From positions 130,623 to 194,622 of the forward strand of contig MU006092.1 of NCBI GenBank assembly GCA_010093705.1: a stretch of 64,000 nucleotides of DNA, read 5' to 3'. Every line of letters starts with the position of its first letter. The first letter of the stretch is position 1. Position numbers and translations under genes: made by a program. Positions 13,325-25,806 of this stretch are shown one piece after another. Below the pieces are notes generated by a model that ran no database searches, was not told the DNA's origin, and worked only from the letters and a program-made list of their open reading frames with translations. Origin of the DNA: Patellaria atrata CBS 101060. Taxonomy: Eukaryota.

Positions 13325-15855
13325 TGATGAGATGGAAAAGCGTTGCTCTGAATTATTGACCTGGTATTTGTTCAATGTCATTAGTGGGAAGGACTATCGT
13401 TACCGATGACTCGAACTCATATAGTACATTGAATGTTTTCTTCCATGATTCTTCAAGGTATCTTGGCATAGTCTACACTTCTGTACTTAAGAGTGAGATC
13501 CAATCGATCGTTGGCTTCATATGCAAAATGTCATCTAAAGCATTCCAGGCTCTGAGAGGATGTCACTTCATTGCCGCTGTGAAGCCAAAAAGCTGAGCTG
13601 GGACCTTCGCTACCACCATTTTGAACGGCGACCTCCACAAAAGCACCTTTCAACGGTTATCGTGTAAACGGCTAAGCACTATTTAAATTGGGATAGAGCA
13701 TGGGCTACTTCAGTAAGTTCAGTAAAACCAGCGCCTCTAGTCAGTCAGATCCAATATTGTACCAATAACATCAATCAACCCCTTTACATAACCCAGAAGA
13801 TGCTGAAAAAAGGTAGAATAACTGAGTCTTTTGGGGTTATAGGCAGCTCCTGAGAGATGTTGGCAGCGGTTTTGGTACCGTATTCGTTGGGGGCTAGACA
13901 ATCTAGATCTGGTTACGCAACTTACCTTACTGTACAGTACGGTACGTGCTTCAGACGGATCTGTGCAAGCGTTAGCTGATTAGGTTACTCGTAAGCTTAG
14001 ACCTTCAATGAAGATCCTTCTTTTAGCCGCAGAGGGAAAGTTTTTGTAGATGTACCTTGCTGGTCAGTGGTGATTGGTTACGGGAAATGGTGTTCAGTAC
14101 TGAATTTGATGTATGAAGAGATCAAAAGAAAGGAAAGGCAAGACTATTGAAACACTACAAGACCATGAACGTTTATCGCATAATTGGGACTTCTACAGGA
14201 ATAAGAGGATATCCACTTGTGTACTACGGTGGTACGGGAAGAGCTGACATTATTAGACACGCCTAAATGTTTGCTCACGGTTTATACGATAGACAATTTC
14301 AATGGGCATCCTTCTGCTATTTTGTTCCCTGGGGAGGCCTAGATCTGTTGATTCTAGGGAACACGGCTTGTATAGAGAATCCAGTAATGAACGTGCGGTA
14401 CTGTAGAAAAAAAAAGTCTATACTTTGTACTTGCTTTCAATTGGAGAAAAGGTTTTCGTAACCGTGATGAGGAGTAATATAAAGAAGGGAGCTGATGGCG
14501 TTGAGGCGTGTTCTGAGTTAATAGCGGAGATTTATACGTCAAGGAGGTCATGATGACGCTACACTTAATCCAGCTGTGCTATTTGCCGACTCTTCACACC
14601 AGTGACACCACCCCCGCTGGCGCCCCTGATAGCCCGCCGTGCCCGCAAACCGGCTCCTCATCCTTTCTTTTGATACCTTGATCCCTTATCAAAACCCACG
14701 AGAGCAGACGGCGTGGTAAATTGTCGTTTCCCACGATCCAGGTCGCACGGAAAGGGCCCTTTCTGCTACACATGAAGGGTGTCTTTGATCACCATGTCCC
14801 CCCAGAAAAGCATGCTCTTTGAATTTCGGCTCTGTTCCCCCCGATCGGACAGGGCTAGAAATACAAGCTGAAAGAATCAAAGATGCCTGATAGAAACGAC
14901 GGCTCGGTGTCTTTTGCCGCATAAACAGGAGGATCGACGCCGGGGCTCCCATTTCCAGCTGTCAACAAAATATCGTAAACAATCTTAAGCCAACGGTCCG
15001 ACCCAAGCACGCAACTTTAGCTGGGCAACAGTCTGCAAAGAGATGGGCATGCGAAGATGACGGCAAAAGGGTCTCAACGGGCCTCTTTGCAAATCTTAAA
15101 AAAGACCATAAGAAATGAGGGCAAAGAGACACTAGAGCAAAGATGCTCATGTCCCCCTTTTTCTGGCTGTTGGCACCGGAAGTTCATAGGGCTACACAAC
15201 GATAATCGGCGCTTCGACCTGAAGAAAGGCAAAAAGTGAAGTCACACATGTAGGTCACCAGGACGATAATGAGGCCGAAGAGTATCTCCTTTCTCATCGT
15301 CAGCGTGCTTAGTCTGTTGTTCTGGTAGGCTTTCTTCACTTTTCTTCTCATCTGCAGGCGCTTCGGCCGTTTAGGGCCATGACTCTGGCCGCCAATGACC
15401 GACAGATGCTGGCAAACCTCAAACCGCCACCATCCGAGACAGCCAGGTTGGGTGCAGGTACAAGGTAACTGTGGGCCATGCCGTTGGCTGCTTGCAAAAC
15501 AATCTAACCTGTTCCTGAAAAACAAATTGATTACATGGTTGGCGTAGGGGCTCAGCGTCCCCTTGGCAATTGGCTCGCCCAGAATCCATCCTTACACCTG
15601 CAATCTATCTCTGCTCTTTTCTTCCACCATCTCCCCAGCTCTTCTGCTTGTCTTTTTTTTCTTTCTCTCCACCAAGACTGCTGTTCTTGACATTCGTTTC
15701 GTCTCTCGTGGACACTCACGCTCATTATCCAACCTCTTGTCGTTCTTTCTTCGAACAGTAAAGTTATTTGCAGAATTGAATTCTGCTTCTTGAATATCCT
15801 ACCAGACATCCTTATTTCATATTCAAGTTATCCAGAACTTCAATCAATAAGCAAA

Positions 15856-17499
15856 ATGCAACTCGTCACTTCTCTGTCCGTTGCCTTGTTCGCGGCTTCG
15901 GCCACCGCAGCCGGCATCAAGCGCGGCGAATACTACGACAGCTATAACAGCACGACCTCCGCTTTACCAGAATACCCAAGCACCACCTCCGGTCTACCAG
16001 AGTACCCGAGCACGAGCACATCGTGTGACAGCGAGACAACGCCAGCACCGACAACTCCATATGGCACCGCTCCCTATCCATCTTACTATGCCTCTGAGAG
16101 CACCCCTATGTACCCAGGTGACTACACCACTGTGTACACCTCTGTTCTCACTTATACGGTTGGGTACGGTGAATCTACCTCGGTTTACACCACCACCGTT
16201 GAGCACACCTCAACCATTCACCTGACGGAGGTAAGATTCCATGTTAAAACCAAGCAAAGAAGTTGTACTGATTTTTGAACCAGACCGTCTACGCTACTGC
16301 TCCTTATGAGACTGCGAGCGTTGTTGACTATGAGGGCGAGACCACGACAATTCACAAGACAAAGACGAGCACCAAGACTGTAACCGTCTATGACTCTGCT
16401 TCCCCAGCTCCCGAAATCCCAGTAGTCACCGCTGCTCATGTTGGTGGTGAAGAGGTGTGCGTTGCTCCGGTTACCGTTACCGTAACTGAATCTGAGTACG
16501 TCACAGTGGTAAGTTGCATTATTTTGGAATCATCATAATGGAAACCTAAGAATTTCACAGACTGTCGATTATGAAGTCACTCCTGTTGCTTATCCCCCAA
16601 CACATGAGTACCCGGAGACCACTCCGTCTATGGAATACCCAGATACCACCCCATCTATGGAATATCCAGAGACTACCCCTATGGAATACCCAGAGACAAC
16701 GCCTTCCGTAGAGTACCCAGAGACTACACCCTCTGTTGAGTACCCGGAAACTACTCCGTATGTTGAGTACCCGGAGACAACTCCTTCCGTCGAGTACCCA
16801 GAAACTACTCCCTCGGTTGAGTACCCGGTTGAAAGCTCCAGCTCCGTGGTCATCATCTACAGCTCATACGTTGTGACACCGATTCCCGCCTCAAGCACAA
16901 CCCCTGAGGCTGAGTACCCCACCACTGAGGTTCCATCTTACACCACCGTACCCAGCTACGGCGAGAGCTCAACCACCCCATGCCCGACTACCTTGATCAC
17001 TCTTACCAAGTCTGAGTCGTACCCAAGCTACCCATCAAGCACTGAGCCAACTCCTGAAGAGCCATCTGAGACTCCTTATGAGCCATACCCATCCAGCACC
17101 TCCGGTACTCCCGAGGAGCCCACCCCTTACCCAACAACCTCTGAGACTCCTTATGAGCCAACTCCCTACCCCTCCAGCACTACACCCGTTGATGAGGAGC
17201 CCACCCCTTATCCGACAACCTCGGAGACTCCTTATGAGCCAACTCCATACCCCTCCAGCACTACACCCGTTGATGAGGAGCCTACTCCTTATCCCTCCAG
17301 CACCACACCTGCTCCCGAGGAGCCTACTGGTTATGAGTCATTTACATATGCTCCAGAAACAACCCCTGAGCCAACCCCATCCACTTCAACGAGTTTGACA
17401 TATATCTACTTCTCCTCGCCATCTGTTTCTACCCCTGCCCCAGAGCAGCCAAGCACAACCGAGGCCCCTTATACTCCCCCTGCCTATACTCCGTACTAA
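15856..17499 (+). CDS. Secreted Pro/Thr/Tyr/Glu-rich repetitive cell-surface (mucin/extensin-like) protein
   Basis: Signal peptide MQLVTSLSVALFAASATA followed by KR. Introns at about 16230-16283 and 16509-16560. Contains tandem peptide repeats. Confidence 0.85.
16605..16830 (+). repeat. Coding tandem repeat with a 27-nt unit (EYPETTPS[M/V]), about 8-9 copies
   Basis: Direct reading of the sequence and its translation. Confidence 0.9.
17050..17330 (+). repeat. Coding tandem repeat with an approximately 81-nt unit (EEPTPYPTTSETPYEPTPYPSSTTPVD)
   Basis: Near-identical nucleotide blocks at about 17113-17193 and 17194-17274, plus partial copies. Confidence 0.85.
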
Positions 17500-18582
17500 A
17501 GGAGAGGCGGGAGATGAGGTGGGAGAGTTAGCGTGGTGATGTGGGTCTGTATCTAGACATCCTTAACTGTTCCTTTGTTAAAGTTCTATGTATACCTGGA
17601 TTCTTGCCCGAGTCGGCACGCCTTGCTCTTCGACAGAGAGGGCGCAATATGGTTATTGTCTGCATACTTTCTTATGTACACACTTGTGTATAGCCTTTTA
17701 CGAAGCGTTGGTTTAGCAGGATGGATGTACAGGTGTGTGTAGGAGGAATGGGAGAGGGAGGTGTAGGTAGATGTAGTGTACGGGTTACATGAAGCATGGC
17801 AATTCTCTGCAAACTTTTTCTTCCATTTTGTCTTACCATGTGTGCGATGCATTTTCTTTCGCTCACTTCCATAGCATCGGTGTGGAGCGCTTTATTCTGT
17901 GTCATTTCAACATCTCACTCTGGTGTTTACGACCTCAAAACATCACGTAATATCCAAATGTATAATTGTAGTAAAGCCCTTAGCTTTCCTCTGCGATGCG
18001 AGATGGTTGTCTTTCAGATTGACATTGATGAGTGCTACGCTCTCCCTTGCCTGCTACCGCAGAGGTGGATGATTTGCTCACGTGTTTTACCAATCCGTTT
18101 GAATATAATTGAACTTCGATTTTTGAGAGTAACCCTTTGATAGGATGAGTTTTATATCTAAAACTACTTGTTCTCTAATTGACCTTGAACCCGGTGATGT
18201 GACATCGTGACTGAAGCTGAGACATCTTACATTCGGAAACGGGAAGCACCTATATATCAACGCGGTAGTTAAATGGTAGTTGCTATAGTTTGCTATCCGT
18301 TCTCTATTGCCTCTCTATTTTCCCTCTATTGTTCAAGGCGACAATAGAAGTATCTTGGCATGTTTGCTGCTTGAATCCTACAAACCGGACAGGCCAATCG
18401 CCATCTTAACGCGAAAGCATCCAGCAAGGTTTCTCAAAGAATCACCACCCCGCCTTAACACATAACCTCTGCTCAGTTTCTTTGTAACTCTTTTACTTGA
18501 TATAAATACTTCTATGTGCCCTCACTTGTCGAATTATATCCGAAAAACTTCACTTCTTTAACTACATTGACATACATTCTCC

Positions 18583-20270
18583 ATGGCCACAGACATGGAT
18601 ATGGACATTGACATGGACATTGACCTTGGAGATGATGGCGATATCGCAGCAATGGAAGCTGAAGCGATGAAAATTGTAAGATCTTGACCTTCGAGAGAAA
18701 AGATTATCGTATCCCTCAGGAACTTAGGACTTATTATATTCTCAGGAAACCCAGCCGGACCAACCAGACTACGACGTCCAACATGATGTAGACATCACGG
18801 AAGTCACCTCGAGCGATGTAGTTCCGACAAAGGTCCACATTCGAGGCCTTGATAACTTTACTAGCGCGGACGTCAAAGGTTTTGCGGGAGAACATTACCC
18901 TCTTGACCATTACCAGCGAGTGGAATGGATTGATGACACATCTGCCAACATTCTATACGAGACGGCCGAAGCTGCTACCGAGGCTCTAAACGCTTTTTCG
19001 AACTTCACGAATATAGATCCGAACGCGATTCTTCTACAACAGCTCAGACCTGCTAAACACCTCTCATCACACCCCGAGACCCCGCTACAGGTGAGGCAGG
19101 CATTGGTAACAGATGTGAAGAAACCGCGCGCACACGAAGCAAGCCGATTCTATCTACTTCATCCGGACAAAGACCCACGCGAGAGGAGAAAACAGGGCGG
19201 CCGTGGTCGTGGCCGCAGGGGTTCTCAGGAGGGTGGAGAGTATCGCCGCAACAGGTTTGATGATCGGGAACATAGGCGCAGAAGAGATGGGGACAAATTC
19301 GATGTCAGTATGTATGACGATGATGGAGGTGAGGGTGCAAGTAGCCGGGCGAACGGATCTAGGCGCGACTCAGTGTCAGGTTACTCCTCGTCTGACAATG
19401 ATAGAAGGCGAAGGAGGGTTCGCTTTGGGGATAAAAGCGGCGGTGATCTATTTTCGGACAGGAATTCACAACGCTCTAACGGTCGTCTCCGAGACCGAAG
19501 CGCGTCACCCACTCTTGACGGTGATGGTCGGCTAGGCTTCGAAGAAGATGAGAGCTCTGTCCGCAGGAAGATAAGGCAGCGAAGTCTAACACCTCCTTGC
19601 GCCGCGCTGCGCAACGGTAATGCGGTCAAAGAGCTTTTCCCCAGCTCATCGAACTCCAGAAAGGAACTCTTCCCTGGTCAGACGTCGCCGAATAAGACTA
19701 AAGAACTATTCCCACACAAGACTGCTATTAGCAACCATCGTCGCACCGGCGCTATGGATACCCATGCCCCAGAAAAGACTGATCTCTTTGCTAATGGTGA
19801 GTTTCTCTTGCACTCTGAGTGTCTCAAATAATCCGACTAACACTCATCCTTCAGGCTCCTCTACATCCAAATACGGTCGTCTCGGTAGTCGGCCTTCAAC
19901 CGCAGATACCACTCATAGCGAAGGTTTTACTATCCGTGGAACTGCTACACAGCAACCAGTCGGACAACCCGAACTCTCCATCAAAGGCGCGTCTCAGGTT
20001 GATAGTCCCGTTAAGGAGTTGTTCCCATCAAGGAATGGCCATGAGGGTAAGGAGCTGTTCATAAAGGGAATTAGCAATGCTGGCAAAGAATTATTTGGAC
20101 GTAATTCTGGGAAAGAGCTATTCAGTAATAATTCGGGGAAGGAGCTCTTCGGCTCAGCCAATTCCGGGAAAGAACTGTTTGGTCCTGCCAACTCTGGGAA
20201 GGAACTGTTCGCGGACAAGTTGAGTGGCAGAGGCGCACCGAGGAGAAAGGCGCAAGATTTGTTCCCTTAA
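18583..20270 (+). CDS. NCBP3: Nuclear cap-binding protein subunit 3-like (DUF2414 RRM) protein
   Basis: KVHIRGLDNFTS..RVEWIDDTSANILY and ASRFYL motifs, plus an Arg/Asp-rich region. Introns at 18676-18745 and 19797-19854. Confidence 0.85.
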
Positions 20271-20670
20271 ATTGAGAGAAGAACAAACGGTTTTCTGCAA
20301 TCTGGTATGCAAGGTTTGATGGGATCTTTTTGTGGGTTGCATTGCAAGGCGCTTTTGGTGGAACGGGTAGTACTCTCAACTTCTTAATCCTTAGACATAA
20401 TCCTCTAGGACGTCTATGAGGACTTTATCATTGACTTTTCTTCTTTCCGTCGTATATTGTAATGGGAATATCATCCTCTCGTCGGGCGTAGGGGAGGAGA
20501 TGCTCATACTGCTCAGCATTTGTCTTTAGCATTAGGCTCAAGAGGTTTTCAAGATATACAAAAGGGACGAAAACGCCTCTGTTTCACACTCTATCAACCA
20601 CATTGCATCACATCATGATTCAGAACTAACAATGCTGTCCTCGTCCCTTTTGAATCCACAATTCCCCCTG

Positions 20671-23600
20671 CTATCCAACTAACGACAATCTCGCAAACTG
20701 CTTTACAACAGGCGCAGCCTTCACCTTCTTCGCCTGCTCCAACGCGTCAAACAAAACACCATCCGCGCCCAACGGCGTCTCGTCTTCATCCTGTCCCTCC
20801 TTCCCCTCCAACTTCCCAGTCCGTTCCACCTCAAATACCTCCCCCACACACCCTTTACAAGCGTCCACAACTTCCACCATACTCCTCTCTACCTTCTCCG
20901 CTCTTTCCCTCATCCCCCTCCTCAACAGGCCCTCTACCAGCCTCTGCACCTCCTCACTCACCTCATTGACCCTCTCTATGAGCCGTCCCACGCTATTCAC
21001 CAGATACTCTTCCTCGTACACACTCCCCTTCTTTCCCCTCGCACGCTTCCTCTCCTCCCTGCGCCTATTCTTCGACGTCTTACGAGAGACATTCGTCCCC
21101 AGCGTCCCCGTCGTCTTACCCGTATACCTCGTCAAAAACGTGCCTCCCGAGGTAGACAACGCACTCGGCGCGATGGATACATTATCCGGGATATCCCCCA
21201 TGACGCCCTCCTCGCCGCCAAAAAACGCCAGCGGATCCGTCTCTTTTTTTAGGCGTAGTTCGCGGAGCCTTGGGACCTGCGCCGCGAGCTGGGATTTGCA
21301 ATCGGCGAGCAGCTCGGACATGGTGGCGCTTCCTTCAACGAGTCCGGTGTCGATGGCGGAGAGGAGGTCGGGACGACGGTGAAGGCCGCAGATGCGCATG
21401 GCTTCGGCGTAGTGGAAGCATTTGCAGAAGAGGTGGATGGCGGTGGAGACGTTGTGGAGGTAGTCGAGGTGGATCGTTGCGGCGTCGAAGTAGTTCTTTG
21501 ACTCTGCGGCATCGTCCGCCAGAGAGAGGGCGAGAGAAGAGAGTTCTGCCTCGGGGAGCGGGATCAGCGTGGCGGAGGAAAGGGACTCGCGCCACATGTT
21601 GGCGGAGAAGTATGCGGCGGAGGCGGAAGTGTGGTCGGAAAGATATTCGTAGGCTATTCCAGCTTCTTTGAATCTATTACGAGGGTTTAGGAAGTCCGCG
21701 TAGAGTTTCATTATGGCGTTGAAGCGGTCTTGTTCGTATTTGTAGAGGTCGAGGGCCGTGCTATGGAGTTCGTGCTTTTCGGTATATGCTTTTAGCTCCT
21801 CGAAGTCGTCCGCCTCCTTGAGGTGAGTTAAGGCTTTTGAATGGCGGCCTAGATGGTCATCGATTGTGAAACGTCTGCGAAGTGGTGTCATTTCCTGAAG
21901 ACTTTGGAGGTAGGGTAAGTATTCTCTGGGGTCCTTTTGGGATTGCTGTGCAATAAGTAAGGCGAGGTCTAGATCGTAGAGACCAAGAGCATGATCATAG
22001 AGTTGGTTTACGTCAGCGAGGAAACAGATATGCTCTGCTGCCCTCTCGACAGACTCATCGCCAGCTTCTCTTAACTTCGCAACGACTGTCAAGCCTGCTT
22101 CAAGCGCTGGCGGTGATTTACAGACGTTTGCAGTGATGATATTTTGCGGATTCCTAGCTTTCTTACTTTGCAAAGCGTTCAGGAAGCCGTCGCATATTCT
22201 GTTAACCTTCGAGTTGTTTTGAGTCGTGGATATATTATTGTTTCCGTTGATAGCTCGCTTCAGCTCGTTGGTTTTAATGGTCTCTTTATACATGGATTGT
22301 GAAACATCCTCTTCCCTCAGCTGTGATAAGAAAAGATCAACATGTTCTACTTTCTTGATTTGATCCAGAAACAACGGTATGTTATTCATGAACTGCTCAG
22401 GAGCATGATCATGGAGGATATTCATGTCGACCCTCTGATTTCGACATGCGAAGAATGCTGTCTTATATTCCTTTGCGTTTATGCTCTTGCGGATCCCTGT
22501 TAGTACGAGTGCTCGAGGATATATTGTTTCCAAGTTACCTCTAGGCATCTGCAGTACAACAGAATAGGACGTAGGTGTGGCAGTGATGAGCCGTGCTCCG
22601 CGTTCAATACTCCTACACCTCTCGTCTGTCTCGGGCTCATCTGGCGGTATTTCTAGGTCTGTATTCCACGTTAGAGATTACCAACCCAGAAACTAAGGAG
22701 ATCTCACTATGTTCAGTGTCTAAATGAACGAACTTAAGGAGATGTTGAGTTGTTGTGAAGATTAAGTGAGCAGAAGTCACTAAGAATGATGTGCAGTTTC
22801 TAACAAGCAGACGATCGTTTGCGCACAGCTGCCCATTCGAAGACAGGTTGAAGATAATACTCTTTCGAATATGTCAGTTATAGGAACTCTACATCGCGCT
22901 TGGAGCTCTTACCTCCTTTCCAATGTGCGCCAATTCTACCCAAGGCCCAGTGGGATTGACTGTTACATTCAGACCCGATAGGTGTTCCTGGGTATCGGAT
23001 ATGGTTTGAGTATTTCTAAGTTCCAGACAAGTTCCATTCCCTCCCTGGAGACAGAGAGATTGATAGTCGACAGAGGGATGGATGTTGATGATCTCTTCCA
23101 AATCATGACGTAGGTCGCCGAATGTCAGAGGTTCCATGTTAAATTGATGGATTACATCTAATCCCGATGCTTTTTTAGCTGACAGAATGAATATTTCATT
23201 TTCACTCCTGAAACATATCTGCCGCGAAATACACTCGGAACAGAGTGGTAACGGATATATTCCCTGGATGGTAGGATCTTCGAGCGGTTTCAGAGAAGGG
23301 TCGTATCTGAGAACACTTAAAGCTGTATCATGTAATACGGCTATTAATGTTCCTGATGCATTAATCGAGACGTCTACTGCGCTCTCTTCTAGTCGTACCT
23401 CATGGCGGGCCATTGGCGGCGGCACATTGGCCAACCGTAAAGGAGTTAATTTTAGAGAAGCTAACAGAAATGAGAACAATATACCGAAAAGTAGATATAA
23501 TTGATACTCACTACCGTCAATAACGGCAACTGATCCGAAATCATAGGGAGGTAAAAGTGGACCTCGTGCGACAGTGAAAGCGTATTGAAGAACTTGAACA

Positions 23601-24785
23601 CTTTCTTCCATAAATGTCAGTTAAGACTGTTTACCGTTATGATTTATTCAATCACCTACCAGAAGCTTGGACGGCTAAGTGTAAGGGCTTCTCCGAGTGC
23701 CATAGTGCTCTGGCAGGTGTAGCCGTGGAAGATTTGGTCAAGGTCCTAATTTCCTGCTTCAGATAGTAGTGATAGTTTCCCATGGTCCATAACTGAACTT
23801 TATCTTCGAAGGATACTGCAATAACTGAGGAGTCACTATTCCATTCGAGGTCAATTGGCCCCTTAAGCTTTTGAACTTCCTCAGCCGACATTCGGAGAGT
23901 AAATTGGCCGTGTCGAAGACCATTTCGCTCAAAGAATACAACATCAATACGGTTATTAAGTCTTTGAATACCAGCAATGATATTGCCAGCAGGTCTCCAA
24001 CTTAAAGGTCCTTCGAGGTAATCGACTGGTTCACTAACACTGTCGAGTACGCCCTCTCTTGAATAGACCCTGATCATACGACGTGTTTTTTGTTCTATAG
24101 TATTGACAGCAACATAAGCTCCATCTCCTCTCCATTTGATAGTCACATTTCCCTGATCTTGATGACTGAGAACGCCTTCATCTACTCTTTCTGGCATAGT
24201 AGGATCTTTAAGAGCCTTTGCTCTCTTTCCTTTGAACTGGGTTTCTGACTTGCCCCAGCCAACCGAAACATGATTAGACGCTTTGACATCTTCCGCGGTG
24301 AATGTAACATTCGTTACATTATCAAAGTCTCTAGTCATATACAAGAGGGTGTCCACCCGAGTGGTAATAGCGAGTAGTTCCTCATCGGGAGACCAAGCTG
24401 CCGCACTTATACCTGCATCTACTGAGCCCACGATCTCGATCAAGTCTTCGCCTGGTAATGGGGACTCTCGAACTACAACAATATCACCACCTGCTAGAAC
24501 AAGGCAGCAGCTTGATGTATCGGGGAAATAGTGCAGCGATACTATCTTGTCCACAGCCAAATCCGGGTGGGGGGATGGCGCATCCCAGGAAGACAACAGA
24601 GACAAATCGTCTGCATTCTTGGATTCACCATCAAGGCGTCGAAGTTCTATCACGGCCTCGGTCTCAGAAGGACCAAATGCACATATTAGCGAGTCCGAAG
24701 ATGTGTTCCATGTTGTTGCGGTTAGTGGTAGGTCAAATTTTGCTAAATTGATCACTCTCCGACGGATATTCTTAAGATTCCGCAT
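20671..24785 (-). CDS. ELP1: Elongator complex subunit 1 (Iki3)
   Basis: Motifs MRNLKNI, VSVGWGKSETQFKGK, FFERNGLRHGQF, WTMGNYHYYLKQ, QMPRGNLETIYPR, SQKDPREYLPYL and RARGKKGSVYEEEYL. Several introns lie at 22.6-23.7 kb. Confidence 0.97.
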
Positions 24786-24947
24786 TTTGGAGAAATTTTA
24801 GGAGAGAAATATTGTAGAAAGTTATTCATAGTTGATGTTGATGGACCAATAAATCGTCTTCAGTTAGAAATTTTATGTGTTGGGCACCGCGGAAAGTTTT
24901 ACCGAAGCGACGACCCTTACTCCAACCTCATCCGATAGACTTCATCG

Positions 24948-25806
24948 ATGGACGACGACCCGGAAACTGAGAATGCTTTCAATATCGGTGAGGAGTTGGT
25001 TCAATCACCAGATCATAAGAGGGCAGGGATATCTGTTGTAGATTTTGATGGCTTGTTGCCCTTCTCTTTGAGACTAGAGGAGGATCTGAAGGAGGGATGT
25101 GGCGGACAGCTGTGGCCTGCGGGCATGGTACTTTCGAAATACCTACTACGCCAATCTAACGAAACTTTTAAGAATCGTTCAATGTAGGTAGATGTGTGGA
25201 TCTGAATTGGGGATGAGTTTGACCGAAATCTAGAGTCGAGCTTGGCGCTGGAGGAGGGCTAGTTGGGTAGGTTTATCACCTCCTAATGTACATATCTATT
25301 AGTACATGATTCGTAACGCTGAATGTTAATTTTCAACAGTTTATCTCTAGCTCTAAAGATAAAAGCAGATGGAAGCATTTTCATCACCGACCAGAAACCC
25401 ATGTATGAGCTTATGGAGAAGAATATCAGTCTTAACAGTCTGGACGACAATGTCAAAGCAGCCATCTACGACTGGGGTAGTCCTGTTCCGCCTAGTATTC
25501 CACAGCATCCAGACATCGTCCTGGCGGCTGATTGTGTATATTTTGAGCCAGCATTTCCACTTCTCCAGCAGACCTTAAACGATTTGATTGGTTCCAACAC
25601 CGTGTGTTATTTCTGCTTCAAGAAGCGAAGACGAGCAGACTTACACTTTATAAAAGTAGCGAGAAAGATGTTCAAGGTGAAAGAGATCGCCAATGACCCA
25701 GATAAACCGGTCTATTCACGGGAGAATATCTATCTGTGAGTGTTCTCTTCTAAACCAGTAATTGAACCTACTTACATGATCTAGTTACGAATTGAGGAAG
25801 AAGTAG
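24948..25806 (+). CDS. EFM6: Protein-lysine N-methyltransferase, METTL21/Methyltransf_16 family (Efm6-like)
   Basis: GCGGQLWPAG, VELGAGGGLVG (on micro-exon 25234-25266), LAADCVYFEPAF and KKRRRAD motifs. Three introns. Confidence 0.88.
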
